From IMG/VR virus record IMGVR_UViG_2534681604_000009: DNA of 29,767 nucleotides. One strand, written 5' to 3'. The position numbers were made by a program, and so were the translations under genes. This DNA is from a virus. Its lineage: Duplodnaviria > Heunggongvirae > Uroviricota > Caudoviricetes. The notes below the pieces were generated by a model. That model was not told where the DNA came from, did not search any database, and worked only from the letters and a program-made list of their open reading frames with translations. Below, piece after piece: positions 26,960 through 29,767 of this stretch. The first letter of the stretch is position 1. Every line of letters starts with the position of its first letter.

Positions 26960-27172
26960 TTATTTATTGAGTCCTAGATTATGGAATTTGGCAGACTCCT
27001 GACTGAGCAACTCGACTATCTCCACGCGGGATAACTCCGCCTTTGTGATGTGGCGAATCATGGCATCAAGATGAGACGAAAAGCGCGTTGCTGCGTCGGC
27101 CTGTGCTTCGGTTCTGGCCTGTTGCAGCATTAATGCGTATTTACCGCACTGATTTTCAGAAACTGTATGCAT
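26960..27172 (-). CDS. Hypothetical early protein
   Basis: 70-aa ORF with an ATG start, between B and the AT-rich pair. Confidence 0.55.
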   Translation of the reverse strand: MHTVSENQCGKYALMLQQARTEAQADAATRFSSHLDAMIRHITKAELSRVEIVELLSQESAKFHNLGLNK

Positions 27173-27235
27173 GACTTTCTCCAGGCAAAAAGAAGCCCCG
27201 CACGATTAAGTGCGTTAAAAACTCTGGTTAATTAC

Positions 27236-27742
27236 TTAATGCAGATATTGCTCTGGTTTTACCGACGTCAGAATTGTCGGTGCATACTCAAACAGACTGA
27301 ATAATTCACGTAATGCACGGAATAAAGCATCACGCCAGTAACATGATTCTTCATTAATTCGCCAGTACGGCTGGTTGAATTCTTTTTCAGTCAATCCGGC
27401 ATGCATAAATAAAGTACGACGCTGACTGACTGTTAAAAAACTAATATATGCATACTCACTTGCGCCAACCTGACGGCGTTTTGAGAATGCCCCACGCAAT
27501 TCATCAATTGCACAAACCAGCCGTTCACGTTCGACGTCGTTCATTTCTTCAAAACGCATCGTTGCGTGACGCTGTTTTAACTGCGCATGAAAGCAAACCG
27601 TTAACCGTTCGCGCTCCATCATCTGATTATAATAATCACATGTATCCTGCCAGCGAGGAACGGCAAGATGCTTACCAATTATCCGGCGCATAGCTGCTGG
27701 CTGTTTTTCAACGAGATTGAGCGTCATCACTGTCATTTCCAT
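27236..27742 (-). CDS. B: Replication protein B (helicase-loader-like)
   Basis: 168-aa ORF MEMTVMTLNLVEKQPAAMRRIIGKHLAVPRWQD..., which matches my recollection of P2 gpB. The start could be 27742 or 27736. Confidence 0.85.
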   Translation of the reverse strand: MEMTVMTLNLVEKQPAAMRRIIGKHLAVPRWQDTCDYYNQMMERERLTVCFHAQLKQRHATMRFEEMNDVERERLVCAIDELRGAFSKRRQVGASEYAYISFLTVSQRRTLFMHAGLTEKEFNQPYWRINEESCYWRDALFRALRELFSLFEYAPTILTSVKPEQYLH

Positions 27743-27903
27743 ACCCTCCGGCTTTTCAGAAAGGTCAGAGCCTTTTTTAACGGACTCTGTTTTTTGGTGC
27801 GGATAATGATTCCCTTACGCCCCTTACCGTGGGTGATGGTGAAGTCAATCGCCCTGGGGCTTTCGTTACGCAATAACTGAGCAATACAACGAGGCTCGTT
27901 CAT
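27733..27903 (-). CDS. Small hypothetical protein between cox and B
   Basis: The track ORF 27733..27993 starts at TTG and overlaps cox by 80 nt. An internal ATG at 27901..27903, preceded by GGTGGAAAGG, starts just after the cox stop and gives a 56-aa product. The start is uncertain. Confidence 0.45.
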   Translation of the reverse strand: MNEPRCIAQLLRNESPRAIDFTITHGKGRKGIIIRTKKQSPLKKALTFLKSRRVWK

Positions 27904-27913
27904 CCTTTCCACC

Positions 27914-28285
27914 TTAAGCCGCACGGCCATGTCTTGATTTGCTGTAACTAATGCGATTTTTCCAGTCGTGCCATTCTGTCGGAGCTTCATCAACTAGCTG
28001 GGCTGCGTACTTGTCCCACTCACGGCGATTAATCCATAATTCAGCTTTCCCTCTTGGTTTTAATGGGTCTGTCATGTAGAAGGCTGGCAGCTTTCCTGCT
28101 TTAGCCATTTCAGCCACCGCGCGTGGTGTCTTACCGATGTAAAGAGCAAAACCTTCTTTCGACAGCAAATCAGATGGGCGCTCTGAAATCTGAATGCTTT
28201 TACGTTTGGCTTCATTTTCGAAACTTGCCTCATCGCTAGTCGGACAAGAAATTTCTACATTTGTCGTCACTTTGCTATCCTCCAT
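27914..28285 (-). CDS. cox: Cox-like HTH regulator / excisionase
   Basis: The segment FALYIGKTPRAVAEMAKAGKLPAFYMTDP aligns with the P2 Cox HTH (FAKLIGKSTGAVRRMIDKGKLPVIDMTDP, from memory). It is divergent from C. The 123-aa ORF implies an N-terminal extension of about 30 aa relative to P2 Cox, and the true start is uncertain. Confidence 0.75.
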   Translation of the reverse strand: MEDSKVTTNVEISCPTSDEASFENEAKRKSIQISERPSDLLSKEGFALYIGKTPRAVAEMAKAGKLPAFYMTDPLKPRGKAELWINRREWDKYAAQLVDEAPTEWHDWKNRISYSKSRHGRAA

Positions 28286-28378
28286 AAGATTTGCGATTCA
28301 CCAACTGGAGCCATCTAGAGCCTTTTTGAGCGAATCACAAATTGCCAAGTAACAATATAATTGGAGATTAGCAAAATT
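28286..28378. promoter_or_regulatory. Immunity switch region with divergent early (cox side) and repressor (C side) promoters and operators
   Basis: Intergenic region between divergent cox and C. It holds an imperfect direct repeat GCGATTCAC (28293..28301) and GCGAATCAC (28330..28338), and a TATAAT hexamer at 28356..28361. Exact promoter assignments are not resolved. Confidence 0.5.
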
Positions 28379-28678
28379 ATGTCAAGTGAACAAAGTGAGA
28401 AACTAAAGCTCATCCGTGAATCCGAACGCCTTAAAACTAAGGAACTTGCTGAATTAATTGGAATTAATTACTACACATATCATGGATATGAATCAGGAAA
28501 ATCAAAAATGCCTATGGAAGCAGGTATGAAGCTGTTTAAGCATCCACGCTTTCGCAAGTATCGTGACTGGTTCATGTTTGATGAAACAGATCCAGCAGCT
28601 GGACAAATAGCCCCGGCTCTCGCACACATTGGGCAAGACTCAACAACCTTGCACCACTCAGACCAGAAGACTGGCTGA
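28379..28678 (+). CDS. C: Immunity repressor C
   Basis: The track ORF begins with TTG at 28361; the ATG at 28379 gives a 99-aa product. The C-terminus ...GQIAPALAHIGQDSTTLHHSDQKTG closely matches the P2 C C-terminus as I recall it, while the N-terminal half differs. Confidence 0.85.
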   Translation: MSSEQSEKLKLIRESERLKTKELAELIGINYYTYHGYESGKSKMPMEAGMKLFKHPRFRKYRDWFMFDETDPAAGQIAPALAHIGQDSTTLHHSDQKTG

Positions 28679-28771
28679 CGATTTATTCAGCATATGTGTG
28701 TAGTAAATGTACGAAAGAAAATTGCATTAATTTTCAAGTAGTAGAAGTAAACAGCGTCATCGGAGGGCTTT

Positions 28772-29767
28772 ATGTCTATTAAAAAGCTCGATGATGGTCG
28801 TTATGAAGTGGACGTCAGACCGCAGGGTGCGGATGGAAAACGTATCAGGCGGAAATTTAAAACTAAAGGTGAAGCTCAAGCATTCGAACGTCATGTACTG
28901 GTTAACTACCACAACAAAGAGTGGTTGGAGAAACCAGCCGACCGCCGAACTCTTACAGAGTTGTTAGGCAGATGGTGGATATATCACGGAAAATCACATG
29001 AGCGTGGAGATATTGAACGGGGGCGTTTAACGACAATAATCGCCAAATTTGCAGAAATGGGAGTGTCCAGAGCTGACCAGCTAACAAAGAAAACGATAAC
29101 TGATTATCGCGTTGTAATGATGAACGATGGTCTGAAACCAGCCAGCGTAAATCGACATCTGGCAATAATGAGCGGGATGTTCACCAAGTTAATTGACGCC
29201 GGTGAATACCACTCTCACAACCCGTTCCGTGAGATTAAACGGTTACGTGAAGCTGTTACGGAAATGGCTTTTTTGTCCAGTGAAGAGATTACGCGGCTGT
29301 TATCCATGCTTGATGGTGATGAATTAAATGCAACTCTGGTCTGCCTTTCTACTGGTGGACGCTGGAGTGAAGTGTCTAATTTAAAAGCTGAACACATCAT
29401 TAACCAGATGGTTACGTTTATGAAAACTAAAAACGGAAAACGCAGGACAATTCCCGTTTCGCAGGACCTGATTAAACGGATCAAGACCAAAAATTCAGGC
29501 AGGCTTTTTAATGCCAGTTACTACAAAGTGCGTAACGCTCTCAGGGAAGTAAAACCCGATTTACCTGACGGACAAGCAGTACATGTTTTGAGGCATACAT
29601 TTGCCACACATTTTATAATGAATGGAGGTAACATAATCACATTGCAGCGCATCCTGGGTCATTCTAACATTCAGCAAACTATGACCTACGCACACTTTGC
29701 ACCGGATTTCTTACAAGATGCTGTGACTCTTAACCCGGTGTCAGGAATGTCCATAATGCGTCCATAA
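28772..29767 (+). CDS. int: Tyrosine integrase
   Basis: 331-aa ORF downstream of C on the same strand, with GGAGGG upstream of the ATG. It has tyrosine-recombinase motifs (HVLRHTFATH, TMTYAHF). The stop codon is the last codon of the window. Confidence 0.9.
   Translation: MSIKKLDDGRYEVDVRPQGADGKRIRRKFKTKGEAQAFERHVLVNYHNKEWLEKPADRRTLTELLGRWWIYHGKSHERGDIERGRLTTIIAKFAEMGVSRADQLTKKTITDYRVVMMNDGLKPASVNRHLAIMSGMFTKLIDAGEYHSHNPFREIKRLREAVTEMAFLSSEEITRLLSMLDGDELNATLVCLSTGGRWSEVSNLKAEHIINQMVTFMKTKNGKRRTIPVSQDLIKRIKTKNSGRLFNASYYKVRNALREVKPDLPDGQAVHVLRHTFATHFIMNGGNIITLQRILGHSNIQQTMTYAHFAPDFLQDAVTLNPVSGMSIMRP

Noticed and set aside
28341-28361. TTGCCA ... TATAAT as a sigma-70 promoter for C
   Set aside because: The hexamers are only about 9 bp apart, far from the 17-bp optimum, and a transcript from this -10 would start downstream of the C ribosome-binding site. 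They are kept only as part of the undissected switch region.
1-29767. CRISPR arrays, tRNA or rRNA genes, and IS or transposase elements
   Set aside because: No short direct repeats with regular spacers, no tRNA-like structures and no transposase-like ORFs or terminal inverted repeats were seen. The only tandem repeat is the coding repeat in H.

Overview
The window is essentially one complete P2-like (Peduovirus-type) prophage from an enterobacterial host, on the reverse strand relative to the usual P2 map. Reading right to left it runs int, C, cox, B, small early ORFs, A, a variable locus, cos, Q, P, O, N, M, L, X, Y, K, lysA, lysB, lysC, R, S, V, W, J, I, H, G, a second variable locus, FI, FII, E/E', T, U, D, ogr. 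The window starts at the ogr stop codon and ends at the int stop codon, so att sites and host flanks are not visible. Gene calls rest on synteny and on recognisable P2 protein sequences in the supplied ORF track, with starts re-checked against the DNA; no database search was possible. The two loci that vary between P2-like phages (Z/fun between G and FI; tin/old between A and cos) each hold a single AT-rich ORF of about 30 to 35 percent GC by eye, against more than 50 percent in the phage backbone. These are a 271-aa ORF (6946..7761, +) and a 440-aa ORF (22254..23576, -). Neither resembles anything I recognise, P2 tin and old appear absent, and both carry an R-x4-H motif in the C-terminal third. 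They are the best candidates for an undescribed single-gene anti-phage or abortive-infection function, but this is a hypothesis. Other features supported by the sequence are the E/E' -1 frameshift site, the 19-nt cos sequence, a probable ori inside gene A, tandem repeats in the tail-fibre gene, and several hairpins and palindromes.
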